Positions 8,079-16,481 of a DNA stretch of 22,261 nucleotides are shown here, in pieces (the first letter of the stretch is position 1; every line of letters begins with the position of its first letter). The stretch is from Bdellovibrio sp. (GTDB lineage Bacteria > Bdellovibrionota > Bdellovibrionia > Bdellovibrionales > Bdellovibrionaceae). The stretch lies in contig JBKCUU010000125.1 of NCBI GenBank assembly GCA_046318155.1, positions 1-22,261 of the forward strand, given 5' to 3'. The position numbers and the translations under genes were made by a program. The notes under the pieces are model-generated. The model had not been told where the DNA came from and did no database searches. It saw only the letters and a list, made by a program, of their open reading frames with translations.

Positions 8079-9041
8079 ATGAAGATGCAATTGATCGGTG
8101 CTGCCTTAGGTGCCGGAGCTCAAGATCAACGAACTTCGATGGCTCCTGCCTCCCTACAGGAACGCGGACTCATCAACGCGCTCAAACAGCGTGGCTTAGA
8201 TCCCGAGGATTTCACGATTCTTTCACCGTTGGGAAAAGCGTCTTATCTCGAAGCGCTTCCACTCATCACGGAATTCAATCGCAGGCTCGCGGCTAAAGTT
8301 ACAGCAGCTCAACTGCGCGGAGACTTTCCGGTGGTGCTGGGAGGGGATCACTCAATTGCGATGGGCACCTGGAGCGGGGTCGCTGCCGCCATGCCCGGAG
8401 ATTTGGGCTTGATCTGGATCGATGCCCACATGGACGCTCACACCACAAAAACCAGCGAAACCGGCGCCGTGCACGGTATGCCGCTCTCGGCCCTCCTCGG
8501 TTGGGGCGAGCCGTCGATGTCACAGATTGCTTCACCCAAAACGAAGATCAAACCTGAAAACCTTTGTTTGCTTGGGGTTCGATCTTTTGAAAAAGGCGAG
8601 GCCCGGCTACTCAAAGACCTGGGCGTGCGTATCTATATGATTGATGAAATAGAAATACGCGGCTTTCAAACCTGTCTGCGAGAGGCCCACCAGAGGGTCA
8701 CCCAAACCACCGCGAGCTTTGGCGTGAGTTTTGATTTAGATGCTCTTGACCCCGCTCACTTTCCATCGGTCGGCAGCCCCGTTGAGCGAGGTCTTGGCTT
8801 CGAGGCAGTTAAACGAGGACTCATTGAGATCGCGGCGGACTCCCGCCTAACAGCCCTTGAAATTGTCGAGTACAATCCATCCCTAGACGAAACCGGCCTT
8901 TCTGCCTTCATGGTGTTCGATCTACTGGCTTCGACACTACTGTCTAGGCGCGATGCCGAAATGGCAAATTTGCGTACCGCAATGGGGACCCAAGCAAGAG
9001 CACCGGCGCCATGCCGCGGAGCCGCCCTCCTTTTGCCTTGA
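8079..9041 (+). CDS. rocF: Arginase (ureohydrolase family, about 320 aa)
   Basis: GGDHS, WIDAHMD, HGMP, SFDLDALDP and VEYNP motifs. Start set at ATG 8079 (alternative 8085). Confidence 0.9.
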   Translation: MKMQLIGAALGAGAQDQRTSMAPASLQERGLINALKQRGLDPEDFTILSPLGKASYLEALPLITEFNRRLAAKVTAAQLRGDFPVVLGGDHSIAMGTWSGVAAAMPGDLGLIWIDAHMDAHTTKTSETGAVHGMPLSALLGWGEPSMSQIASPKTKIKPENLCLLGVRSFEKGEARLLKDLGVRIYMIDEIEIRGFQTCLREAHQRVTQTTASFGVSFDLDALDPAHFPSVGSPVERGLGFEAVKRGLIEIAADSRLTALEIVEYNPSLDETGLSAFMVFDLLASTLLSRRDAEMANLRTAMGTQARAPAPCRGAALLLP

Positions 9042-9067
9042 TTCTAAGTTTAGAATTAATCTAATGT
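9038..9067 (+). promoter_or_regulatory. Promoter overlapped by an Irr/PerR-type operator
   Basis: TTTAGAA-TTA-ATCTAAT (9049-9065) matches the Irr ICE consensus TTTAGAA-N3-TTCTAAA at 12 of 14 positions. It lies within TTGATT (9038)-N18-TAATGT (9062). Confidence 0.65.
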
Positions 9068-9073
9068 CCTGAT

Positions 9074-9520
9074 ATGCCCAGCAAGAAAAATTCAAAATCA
9101 CGGATAAAGCCTCAGATGAGCCGCAAGGACATTGAGGATGCTTTGCGTGACAAGGGTTTGCAACCGACGCTGCAACGAGTGGGCATTTGCCAATTCGTCC
9201 TCTGCAGCGCTGACCACCCAACAGCTGATGATGTTCACGCATGGGCCGAAAAAAGCTTGGGCAAAGTCTCGCTCGCGACCGTCTACAATACCCTCGGAAG
9301 CTTGGTCGACGTCGGCCTCTTGCGTGAGTTCAGATTCTCGCACTCTGAAAAGTCCATTTATGATAACAATTTGGATGTCCACCATCATTTTTTTGATGTG
9401 AGGACCGGAAATATCCACGACATTCCGTCTGCAGATCTTTCGCTTCAGATGAATCTCGGCTCGGCATTTAAAGTTGAAGGTTTTGAAATTTTGTTAAGAG
9501 GAACACATAAGGGTCATTGA
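9074..9520 (+). CDS. Fur-family transcriptional repressor, Irr/PerR-like (148 aa)
   Basis: TLQR, HPTADDV, SLATVYNTL, YDNNLDVHHHFFD. No CxxC motifs. Confidence 0.9.
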   Translation: MPSKKNSKSRIKPQMSRKDIEDALRDKGLQPTLQRVGICQFVLCSADHPTADDVHAWAEKSLGKVSLATVYNTLGSLVDVGLLREFRFSHSEKSIYDNNLDVHHHFFDVRTGNIHDIPSADLSLQMNLGSAFKVEGFEILLRGTHKGH

Positions 9521-9539
9521 CCTAGAAAAGGAGCATTTA

Positions 9540-10082
9540 ATGGGACGTTTTCTTGGCATCGGAGAAAAGTTTCCGGAGTTCAAACTGCAAGCCTGCGTTT
9601 CGCGCGAAAAAGGCAAAGAGTTCGCAGAAATTTCAAACGCCAACGCGAAAGGCGCTTGGGCCGTTTATTTCTTTTGGCCTCTTGATTTTACTTTTGTTTG
9701 CCCGACTGAAATCGCGGAGTTTAACAAAGCTTCTAAAGATTTCCAAAACCGCGAGGCAAAATTGTTCGGTGTGAGCGCGGATTCTCACTTCGTTCACTTG
9801 GCTTGGAGAAACAACCACGAAGATCTCAAAGATCTGACGTTCCCCATGCTTGCGGATTACAACAAAACTTTGTGCAACGAACTGGGCATCTTGTCGAAAG
9901 ACAACAGCGCGCCTTTGCGCGCAACTTACATCGTCGATCCCGATGGGATCGTTCGCTGGGTTTCGGTGAATGATCTTTCTGTTGGCCGTAATGTCAAGGA
10001 AGTTGTTCGCACCTTGGATGCTTTGCAAACCGATGAACTCTGCCCGTGCAACTGGGAAAAAGGACAAAGCACTTTGGGTTAA
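9540..10082 (+). CDS. ahpC: Peroxiredoxin (alkyl hydroperoxide reductase C)
   Basis: FWPLDFTFVCPTE peroxidatic motif and C-terminal LQTDELCPCNW of the AhpD-coupled type. AAGGAG RBS. Confidence 0.95.
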   Translation: MGRFLGIGEKFPEFKLQACVSREKGKEFAEISNANAKGAWAVYFFWPLDFTFVCPTEIAEFNKASKDFQNREAKLFGVSADSHFVHLAWRNNHEDLKDLTFPMLADYNKTLCNELGILSKDNSAPLRATYIVDPDGIVRWVSVNDLSVGRNVKEVVRTLDALQTDELCPCNWEKGQSTLG

Positions 10083-10152
10083 TTCTCAAGGGATTCCCGG
10101 TCGAAAGCATGACCGAGACAAAGCGCCCAGCAATTTTAGCTCGGATTTTCCT

Positions 10153-10181
10153 TCAGCCGCTTTGAACACCAAAGCGGCTGA
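10153..10181. promoter_or_regulatory. Perfect 12-bp hairpin in the ahpC-ahpD spacer
   Basis: TCAGCCGCTTTG-AACAC-CAAAGCGGCTGA, with no U tract after it. Confidence 0.55.
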
Positions 10182-10238
10182 CTGGAACATAAATGGACAC
10201 ATTCTTTTTACGCGACTTTTATAAAACGGGAGTTCGAA

Positions 10239-10775
10239 ATGGCGAATATCGATTCTTTTTTGATGTCTTACCTCGGTGAGCCCAACACCTCCGTGCAACG
10301 TGATTTGCATTTGAATTTCAAAAAGGTAATGGAAGAAAGCCCTCTCGATGAGCAAGAGCGCCACTTGAACTTGCTTGCCATTGGAACAGCCCTGCACAAC
10401 ACTGCAATGACTGATTTTGCGACAAGCTCACTCAAAGAGATGGGTGTTGCCGAAGACATGATCCTCGAGGCTAGAGAAAGCGCGGCGATCATGGGTATGC
10501 TGAACACTTACTATAAGTTTAAATCGTACTTAGATCCTCTCGTGCTTGAGAATTACTCACGTGCAGGTTTGCGCATGAATGCTCTTATGAAACCCGTCAA
10601 TGGCAAAGCGCGCTTTGAGCAAATGGCATTTTCTGTGAGCGTTGTAAATGGTTGCCCCACTTGTGTCTCTTCCCACGAAAAAGCACTGACTCAAGTCGGT
10701 GTCGCTGCAGACAAAATTCATGATCTCGCCCGCTTGGCATCGATCTCAAAAGGTCTAGCCATGCTCAGACCCTAG
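10239..10775 (+). CDS. ahpD: Alkyl hydroperoxide reductase AhpD (carboxymuconolactone decarboxylase fold)
   Basis: RDLHLN, AAIMGMLNTYY, AGLRMN, FEQMAFSVSVVNGCPTCVSSHE (CxxC-x3-H). Follows ahpC. GGGAG RBS. Confidence 0.9.
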   Translation: MANIDSFLMSYLGEPNTSVQRDLHLNFKKVMEESPLDEQERHLNLLAIGTALHNTAMTDFATSSLKEMGVAEDMILEARESAAIMGMLNTYYKFKSYLDPLVLENYSRAGLRMNALMKPVNGKARFEQMAFSVSVVNGCPTCVSSHEKALTQVGVAADKIHDLARLASISKGLAMLRP

Positions 10776-10833
10776 AAACAGGGCCCGATGCGATACTTGA
10801 CGATCTCGCACAGACTGAGTTAACACCGGGATC

Positions 10834-11901
10834 GTGACATTCACGATTAACAAATCGATTTCTCCTTCTGCGCGATTACTCCCAGCCAACGACAAGCTGG
10901 GATTTGGGCAATTTTTTACTGATCACATTTTCACCGCCAATTATACCGAAGGCGATGGCTGGAACTCGGCCGAAATTAAGCCTTATCAAAATTTTCAGAT
11001 CGACCCAGGCGCATCGGTCTTTCACTATGGCCAAGCGCTCTTCGAGGGTCTTAAAGCCTTTCGTCAAATGGACGGACGGATTGTTTTATACCGTCCCCAG
11101 TTTAATGCGGCTCGAATTCAAGATGGCGCAGACCGGCTTTGCATGGCCCCACCCCCGCTCGAGCTGACCATGCAGGCCATTCGCGAACTCGTCAAAGTTG
11201 ATGAACGCTGGGTGCCTTCAGGCAAAGGCACTTCACTTTACATTCGTCCCACCCTCATTGGCACCGAGGCCTTTTTGGGTGTGCGGCCTTCAAAGAGTTA
11301 TCTGTACTTTATTATGCTTTCTCCCGTCGGCGCTTATTATGGTGAAGGCGCGAAGACAATTAAGATTTGGGTCGAAGACAAATACCTGCGAGCGGCGCCT
11401 GGCGGCCTCGGCGCTGTTAAAGCCGGCGCCAACTATGCTGGCAGCCTGAAGGCGGCCTTCGAAGCCAAGAAAAAGGGCTACGCTCAAGTTTTGTGGCTCG
11501 ACACCTCTCGAGAAGCCATTGAAGAAGTCGGCACGATGAACGTCTTTTTTGTTTTCAAAAATGAAATCGTAACCCCGGCACTCAATGGCAGTATTTTGCC
11601 AGGTGGAACTCGTGACTGCGTTTTACATTTGCTCAAACATTGGAACCTGCCTATTAGAGAACGCAAACTGACGGTGGCCGAAGTCGAAGATGCGCACGCC
11701 GCCGGTGACTTGCTCGAGGTTTTTGGAACTGGAACTGCCGCTGTGATTTCTCCAGTCGGCGAACTTTGTTTTAAGGGCAAACCGATGACGATTGGTGGCG
11801 GCGATGTGGGGCCCTTGAGCTTACGTTTGCTCGAAGAAATCTCTGGCATCCAATACGGTGAACGCAAAGATCAATTCGGCTGGATCGAGCCCATCTATTG
11901 A
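10834..11901 (+). CDS. ilvE: Branched-chain amino acid aminotransferase
   Basis: FGQFFTDH, HYGQALFEGLKA, LYIRP, catalytic Lys in GAVKAGANY, EEVGTMN, ILPGGTR, GTAAVISPV. GTG start. Confidence 0.96.
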   Translation: MTFTINKSISPSARLLPANDKLGFGQFFTDHIFTANYTEGDGWNSAEIKPYQNFQIDPGASVFHYGQALFEGLKAFRQMDGRIVLYRPQFNAARIQDGADRLCMAPPPLELTMQAIRELVKVDERWVPSGKGTSLYIRPTLIGTEAFLGVRPSKSYLYFIMLSPVGAYYGEGAKTIKIWVEDKYLRAAPGGLGAVKAGANYAGSLKAAFEAKKKGYAQVLWLDTSREAIEEVGTMNVFFVFKNEIVTPALNGSILPGGTRDCVLHLLKHWNLPIRERKLTVAEVEDAHAAGDLLEVFGTGTAAVISPVGELCFKGKPMTIGGGDVGPLSLRLLEEISGIQYGERKDQFGWIEPIY

Positions 11902-12034
11902 CTAACGCACAAATAAAGGCGCAGTGGACGATGGATTTGCTGAGCGAAAAATGGCGCACAGAGAAAAAGTCCCGGAGGCGGGAACCCACCCGCTCGCTTT
12001 CAACTCTTCGGTCGATTTTCTGAAAATATAAAAT

Positions 12035-13201
12035 TTACGGTTGAGGTGACCGCCTCTGTCCAGACTTGACATCCGCTACAGTGGTTACATTCGTTTGTTG
12101 ACGGTATCTTTGCTGATTGTGCTTAGCGCACAAAAGCCTCAGGTTCGATTTGTCATTGCTCCCACCTGCCCATATCGGCCTGATATGATCCACATGCAAA
12201 AATCTTTGACTGCCGCAAATCTTCTTCGTCAAGGGGCTTCGATATTCACACCCCGCACTGCGGACGAAGATATCCCTTCTGACGGAACGAGGAATCGAGC
12301 CTCGTCTCGGGCCGTGATTCAACATTTTTTGGGTGTCGAGTGCCTTTGGTTTTCGAACTCTCGAGGCCTCAGAATGTCCGGACTTCAGACCAAGCAAGGT
12401 TGAATCGTCTGATTCGCAAAAACCTCGGCGCTGACTTTTCTTGAACTTTCCGCTTGGGGAAGGAGAAAGAGAACTCGCTCCATTGACATCCCCTTTGAGC
12501 GAATTAAGGGCGGGCTCTGATTGACTTCCTCGAGAAGGCGCCGGCGACTCTGGCTCGATGATTTTCGACGTGCTCTTGACTGAGAGAGACCTTCTCCCGA
12601 GCTCCTTTTGAGCGAGATACACAAAAAGTGGAGCCCAAGATTTTTTTGTCACTGAATGCGAAACCAATTCTTGGATCTTTTGCAGAACTAACACTTGCTC
12701 TTTCGAAAAAGTCATTGTCAGAGTTATCGATTCGTCGCTGTTGATTTTTGCTCGTTCATGCTTCGGAATAGGAATTGACAGCTCCCGAGCTAAAATTGCG
12801 TCCGTCTGAACCTGCGTAGCATTCTCAACCTTCTTCAAAAGTTCGCGTTTTTCGGCAAGCGGAACCTGACGATCCTCTGTCTTCTGCACAGTTCGTATCG
12901 CTTGCTGAACTTTCGCGAGGTGCGAAAGATTAAGCGCGCCTGATTCTATTTTTTGAGCGAGCTCGGGAACTTCCCGAAGTAAGCGCGCCGACTCAATTCG
13001 GCGCATCGCAGAGGAAGGACTATATCCATACTCGTGAACGAGAAACTCGTAGAGGCTGGAATAGGCCCGCTCGAGGTAGAGTTTGCGCCGGTCAATCTCG
13101 GCAATGCATTCCAACACCAGGTGTGTAATCCGCCTTTCGGTTTGCACCAGTTTTTTAAGACGTGATGTGAGATCTAACGCTGACAGCGCCGAAATATTCA
13201 T
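12035..13201 (-). CDS. Stand-alone HNH endonuclease with N-terminal helical domain and low-complexity linker (388 aa)
   Basis: C-terminal CEY...ICGSQRFLHVDHIRPIWAGGSNDKSNLRLLCAKHN. N-terminal ERRITHLVLECIAEIDRRKLYLERAYSSLYEF...GYS...AMRRI domain. Ser/Pro/Lys-rich linker. GGAGG SD. Confidence 0.9.
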   Translation of the reverse strand: MNISALSALDLTSRLKKLVQTERRITHLVLECIAEIDRRKLYLERAYSSLYEFLVHEYGYSPSSAMRRIESARLLREVPELAQKIESGALNLSHLAKVQQAIRTVQKTEDRQVPLAEKRELLKKVENATQVQTDAILARELSIPIPKHERAKINSDESITLTMTFSKEQVLVLQKIQELVSHSVTKKSWAPLFVYLAQKELGRRSLSVKSTSKIIEPESPAPSRGSQSEPALNSLKGDVNGASSLSPSPSGKFKKSQRRGFCESDDSTLLGLKSGHSEASRVRKPKALDTQKMLNHGPRRGSIPRSVRRDIFVRSAGCEYRSPLTKKICGSQRFLHVDHIRPIWAGGSNDKSNLRLLCAKHNQQRYRQQTNVTTVADVKSGQRRSPQP

Positions 13202-13207
13202 GATTTT

Positions 13208-13226
13208 TACCTCCGCTACGGAGGTA
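13208..13226 (-). promoter_or_regulatory. Anti-SD/SD hairpin sequestering the HNH ribosome-binding site
   Basis: Minus strand TACCTCCG-TAG-CGGAGGTA-AAAATC-ATG: a perfect 8-bp inverted repeat whose 3' arm contains GGAGG. Confidence 0.75.
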
Positions 13227-13228
13227 GA

Positions 13229-13244
13229 TGCAGGTCAAAGGCCA
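13229..13244 (-). promoter_or_regulatory. Candidate sigma-54 promoter for the HNH gene
   Basis: Minus strand TGGC-CTTTGACC-TGCA (GG-N10-GC). Predicted +1 near 13218. Confidence 0.45.
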
Positions 13245-13282
13245 ATAAGAGCAGCGAGTCATCAAAACATGCTTTCGCGCGA

Positions 13283-13663
13283 CTAAGTCTCTTCGCCCTG
13301 CTCGGCCCATAATTCAATGAATTCAACCGAACGGCCATCGGGATCCAGGACAACCGCGGACCTGCCTGTGGGCATCTGCGCCTCGTCCATTATTGTCTGG
13401 ACGCCGGGCACTTTTTTCAAATCTCTCAAGAGTGCTGATAAGTTTTTAACGTCGAAGCACAGTGAAAGATTCGGGCTGCTAGTTTTGTCCTGATTTTGGA
13501 TACAATAGATCACAATATTCAAGTCACCGAGCCTGCCTTGGTAGGTCTCGGATCCGACTTTAACGGATTTGAGAGTCATACCTGCACCTAGTACTTGATA
13601 AAAAGCAGCGAGATCCTTTTGGCGCTTGGAGTTAAATGACAGAGTCTGGAGTTTTGCGGACAT
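13283..13663 (-). CDS. VOC/glyoxalase-bleomycin resistance family protein (126 aa)
   Basis: AAFYQVLG, LSLCFDVKNL, GRSAVVLDPDGRSVEFIE. Confidence 0.85.
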   Translation of the reverse strand: MSAKLQTLSFNSKRQKDLAAFYQVLGAGMTLKSVKVGSETYQGRLGDLNIVIYCIQNQDKTSSPNLSLCFDVKNLSALLRDLKKVPGVQTIMDEAQMPTGRSAVVLDPDGRSVEFIELWAEQGEET

Positions 13664-13682
13664 TGGATGTTAGTTTACGGTC

Positions 13683-16328
13683 ATGTCGACAACACAACAA
13701 GAACCACAGAAAATATATCTCAAAGATTACAAGGCTCCAGACTTTCATGTTGATCACGTTGAACTCTGGTTCGACCTTCATGAGGACTTTTGTCGGGTCA
13801 AATCATCGATGCAGCTCGAAAAAGTGGCACGTTCTGCGACCGGTCTCATTTTGAACGGCTCAGGTCTAACGCTTGAATCCATTCATATCAATGGCAGAAA
13901 GTTGGCGACCTCTGAATATCGAACCGACGAAGAGACGCTCACTCTCATAAATGTCCCCGATTCTTTTCGCCTCGATGTTTCGGTTCTCTCAAAACCACAT
14001 GAGAATACCTCGCTTGAGGGTCTGTATAAATCAAACAATTCGTTCACCACACAGTGCGAGGCGCAAGGCTTTCGCAAAGTGACCTACTTTTTGGACCGTC
14101 CCGATGTGATGACCACCTACACCGCTCACATCGAAGCCGATCAAGCCAAATACCCCGTCCTACTGTCGAACGGCGACAAAACTCGCGAAGAAATTTTGCC
14201 CGGAGGACGACGCTCGGTCACTTGGTACGACCCCTTCAAGAAGCCCTGCTATCTATTTGCCCTCGTCGCTGGCGACTTAGGCATCATCCGCGACAAATTC
14301 ACGACGTCAACAGGACGAACGGTGAATCTCGAGATCTACTCGGCCCACGGCACGCAAGAAAAATGCAACTTTGCGATGGAGTCTTTAAAAAAATCGATGA
14401 CATGGGATGAAGAGCGCTTTGGCCGCGAGTACGATCTCTCCACCTACATGATCGTCGCGATGGATGACTTTAATGCGGGCGCCATGGAGAACAAGGGTCT
14501 GAATATTTTTAACTCGCGCTTGGTTCTGGCAGATGCAAAAACGGCGACAGACTTTGATTACTTTTCAATCGAATCCGTTGTCGCCCATGAGTACTTTCAC
14601 AATTGGACAGGTAACCGAGTTACTTTACGTGATTGGTTTCACCTTTCATTAAAAGAGGGACTCACCGTTTTTCGTGATCAAGAGTTTTCAATGGACCTGC
14701 ACAGCCGCGCCATGATCCGCATCGACACGGTATCGGATCTGCGCAGCGCTCAGTTTGCCGAGGATGCAGGACCTAATGCCCATCCAATTCGTCCAGAGTC
14801 TTGTTTCGCCGTGGATAATTTCTTTACGTCAACTATTTATGAAAAAGGTTCTGAAGTCATTCGCATGATGCAAACCATGGTGGGCAGACCCGGGTTTCGC
14901 AAGGGCATGGACTTGTACTTTAAACGCCACGACGGCCAAGCCGTCATCATTGAGGACTTTGCCGCCGCAATAGCCGAACCCAACGATCAAGACTGGTCAC
15001 AGTTTAAGTTGTGGTATTCGCAAGCGGGAACGCCCGAAGTCCTCGTAAAAGAAACCTATTTATCAGACCAGCAAAAGTATATTCTTGAACTGGAGCAAAC
15101 TTGCCCGCCCTCTCCGGGCCAAGACAAAAAGAAACCCTTTCACATTCCGCTCGTGATCGGACTTCTGGACGCAAAAACAGGCCTGGATCTTGAGATCAAG
15201 TCCAACAAGGCTCGGCAAAACTCAGAAGGCCAATGGCTCTTACATCTTAAAGAGGCCCGAGAAACCTTTGAGTTCACAAGTTTACCGGCACGGCCTGTGC
15301 TCTCGCTGAACCGCAGCTTTTCGGCTCCCATTCACCTGAAATGGGACGCTTCGCAACAGGAACTCTTGTTTTTGCTCGCGAAGGACTCAGATGCCTTCAA
15401 CCGTTGGGAAGCAGGCCAAAAGCTGATGCTACGGGATCTTTCGAAAATGATCGCACAAAGCAAATCGGGGCAGGCACCAACCGCCTCGAAAGCTTTGCTA
15501 ATGGCCCTTGCTGAATCCTTACGAGATGAGAAATTGGATTTGAACCTAAAAGCCAAACTTCTTGAAGTCCCGGCCTATTCGTACCTTTGGCAATTAGAGC
15601 CCGAATTTTTGGCCGAGCATTTTGAAACAGCGGTCAACACTTGGATCAAAGCATTTGCACAGCAAAATGAAGCTCTCTTACTTGATCTTTACAGACGCTA
15701 CCATGGCAAGAACGATAAGAGTTTGCACCATACGCATATGGCTGAGCGTAAACTCAAGAATACCGCTCTGACCTATTTAGCAGCGTTGCCATCGCATCAA
15801 GATTTGATTTGGAACCAACTGCAGAATGCCGCCCATATGACCGATTACGAACAAGCATTCGGGCTTTGCCTTGATGCTGCAGATGCCAAACGTGACGATG
15901 CGATTCAGCACTTTGTGCGTAAGTTTGAAAGTGATTCACTCACCATGAACAAGTGGTTTGCTCTTCAGAGCTCCAGTGAAAACAGGATGACAGCCGAAAG
16001 GGTTGAAAAACTTTGGTCTCACCCCCAGTTCAACCCCAAAAATCCCAATCGCGTGTACTCGCTGCTAGGAAGATGGGGAGACAACCTGACGCAGTTTCAT
16101 GCTCGCGAAGGCCAGCATTACCGGTGGTTGGCCGACCGGGTCCTTGAAGTAGACCGCATCAACCCCCAAGTAGCGACGCGGATAGCCGGGGCTTTTGATA
16201 TGTGTGCCAAAGTTCCGGCACCGGCAAAGGCCAAAGCAAGAATGGCCCTCGATTCAATTCTCAATCAGGGGCTCTCGAAAAACAGCTTTGAGGTTGTGAG
16301 CAGATCTCGTCAGGCACTCACATTCTAG
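13683..16328 (+). CDS. pepN: Aminopeptidase N (M1 family, 881 aa)
   Basis: TQCEAQGFR, GAMENKGLN, HEYFHNW...LKEG zinc motif, YEKG, C-terminal NPNR and NPQVA motifs. Confidence 0.98.
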   Translation: MSTTQQEPQKIYLKDYKAPDFHVDHVELWFDLHEDFCRVKSSMQLEKVARSATGLILNGSGLTLESIHINGRKLATSEYRTDEETLTLINVPDSFRLDVSVLSKPHENTSLEGLYKSNNSFTTQCEAQGFRKVTYFLDRPDVMTTYTAHIEADQAKYPVLLSNGDKTREEILPGGRRSVTWYDPFKKPCYLFALVAGDLGIIRDKFTTSTGRTVNLEIYSAHGTQEKCNFAMESLKKSMTWDEERFGREYDLSTYMIVAMDDFNAGAMENKGLNIFNSRLVLADAKTATDFDYFSIESVVAHEYFHNWTGNRVTLRDWFHLSLKEGLTVFRDQEFSMDLHSRAMIRIDTVSDLRSAQFAEDAGPNAHPIRPESCFAVDNFFTSTIYEKGSEVIRMMQTMVGRPGFRKGMDLYFKRHDGQAVIIEDFAAAIAEPNDQDWSQFKLWYSQAGTPEVLVKETYLSDQQKYILELEQTCPPSPGQDKKKPFHIPLVIGLLDAKTGLDLEIKSNKARQNSEGQWLLHLKEARETFEFTSLPARPVLSLNRSFSAPIHLKWDASQQELLFLLAKDSDAFNRWEAGQKLMLRDLSKMIAQSKSGQAPTASKALLMALAESLRDEKLDLNLKAKLLEVPAYSYLWQLEPEFLAEHFETAVNTWIKAFAQQNEALLLDLYRRYHGKNDKSLHHTHMAERKLKNTALTYLAALPSHQDLIWNQLQNAAHMTDYEQAFGLCLDAADAKRDDAIQHFVRKFESDSLTMNKWFALQSSSENRMTAERVEKLWSHPQFNPKNPNRVYSLLGRWGDNLTQFHAREGQHYRWLADRVLEVDRINPQVATRIAGAFDMCAKVPAPAKAKARMALDSILNQGLSKNSFEVVSRSRQALTF

Positions 16329-16481
16329 ATACGGCAATCGAGTCTTCCAAGGTCATGAGGAACAGAGCAAAATACGGGGAGCCGTCAGCTCCCCTGGAAC
16401 CATCGAGGCGGTCCCTTCCATTTTAAAGCGAATGGTTCAGGCCGAAGATAAAGAGTTGATTTGCCGGGCTGCTGGCGAGCC

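Noticed and set aside
12035..13201. HNH protein as IscB/Cas9-like or restriction-modification component
   Set aside because: No RuvC or PLMP motifs recognised, and no adjacent array or methyltransferase.
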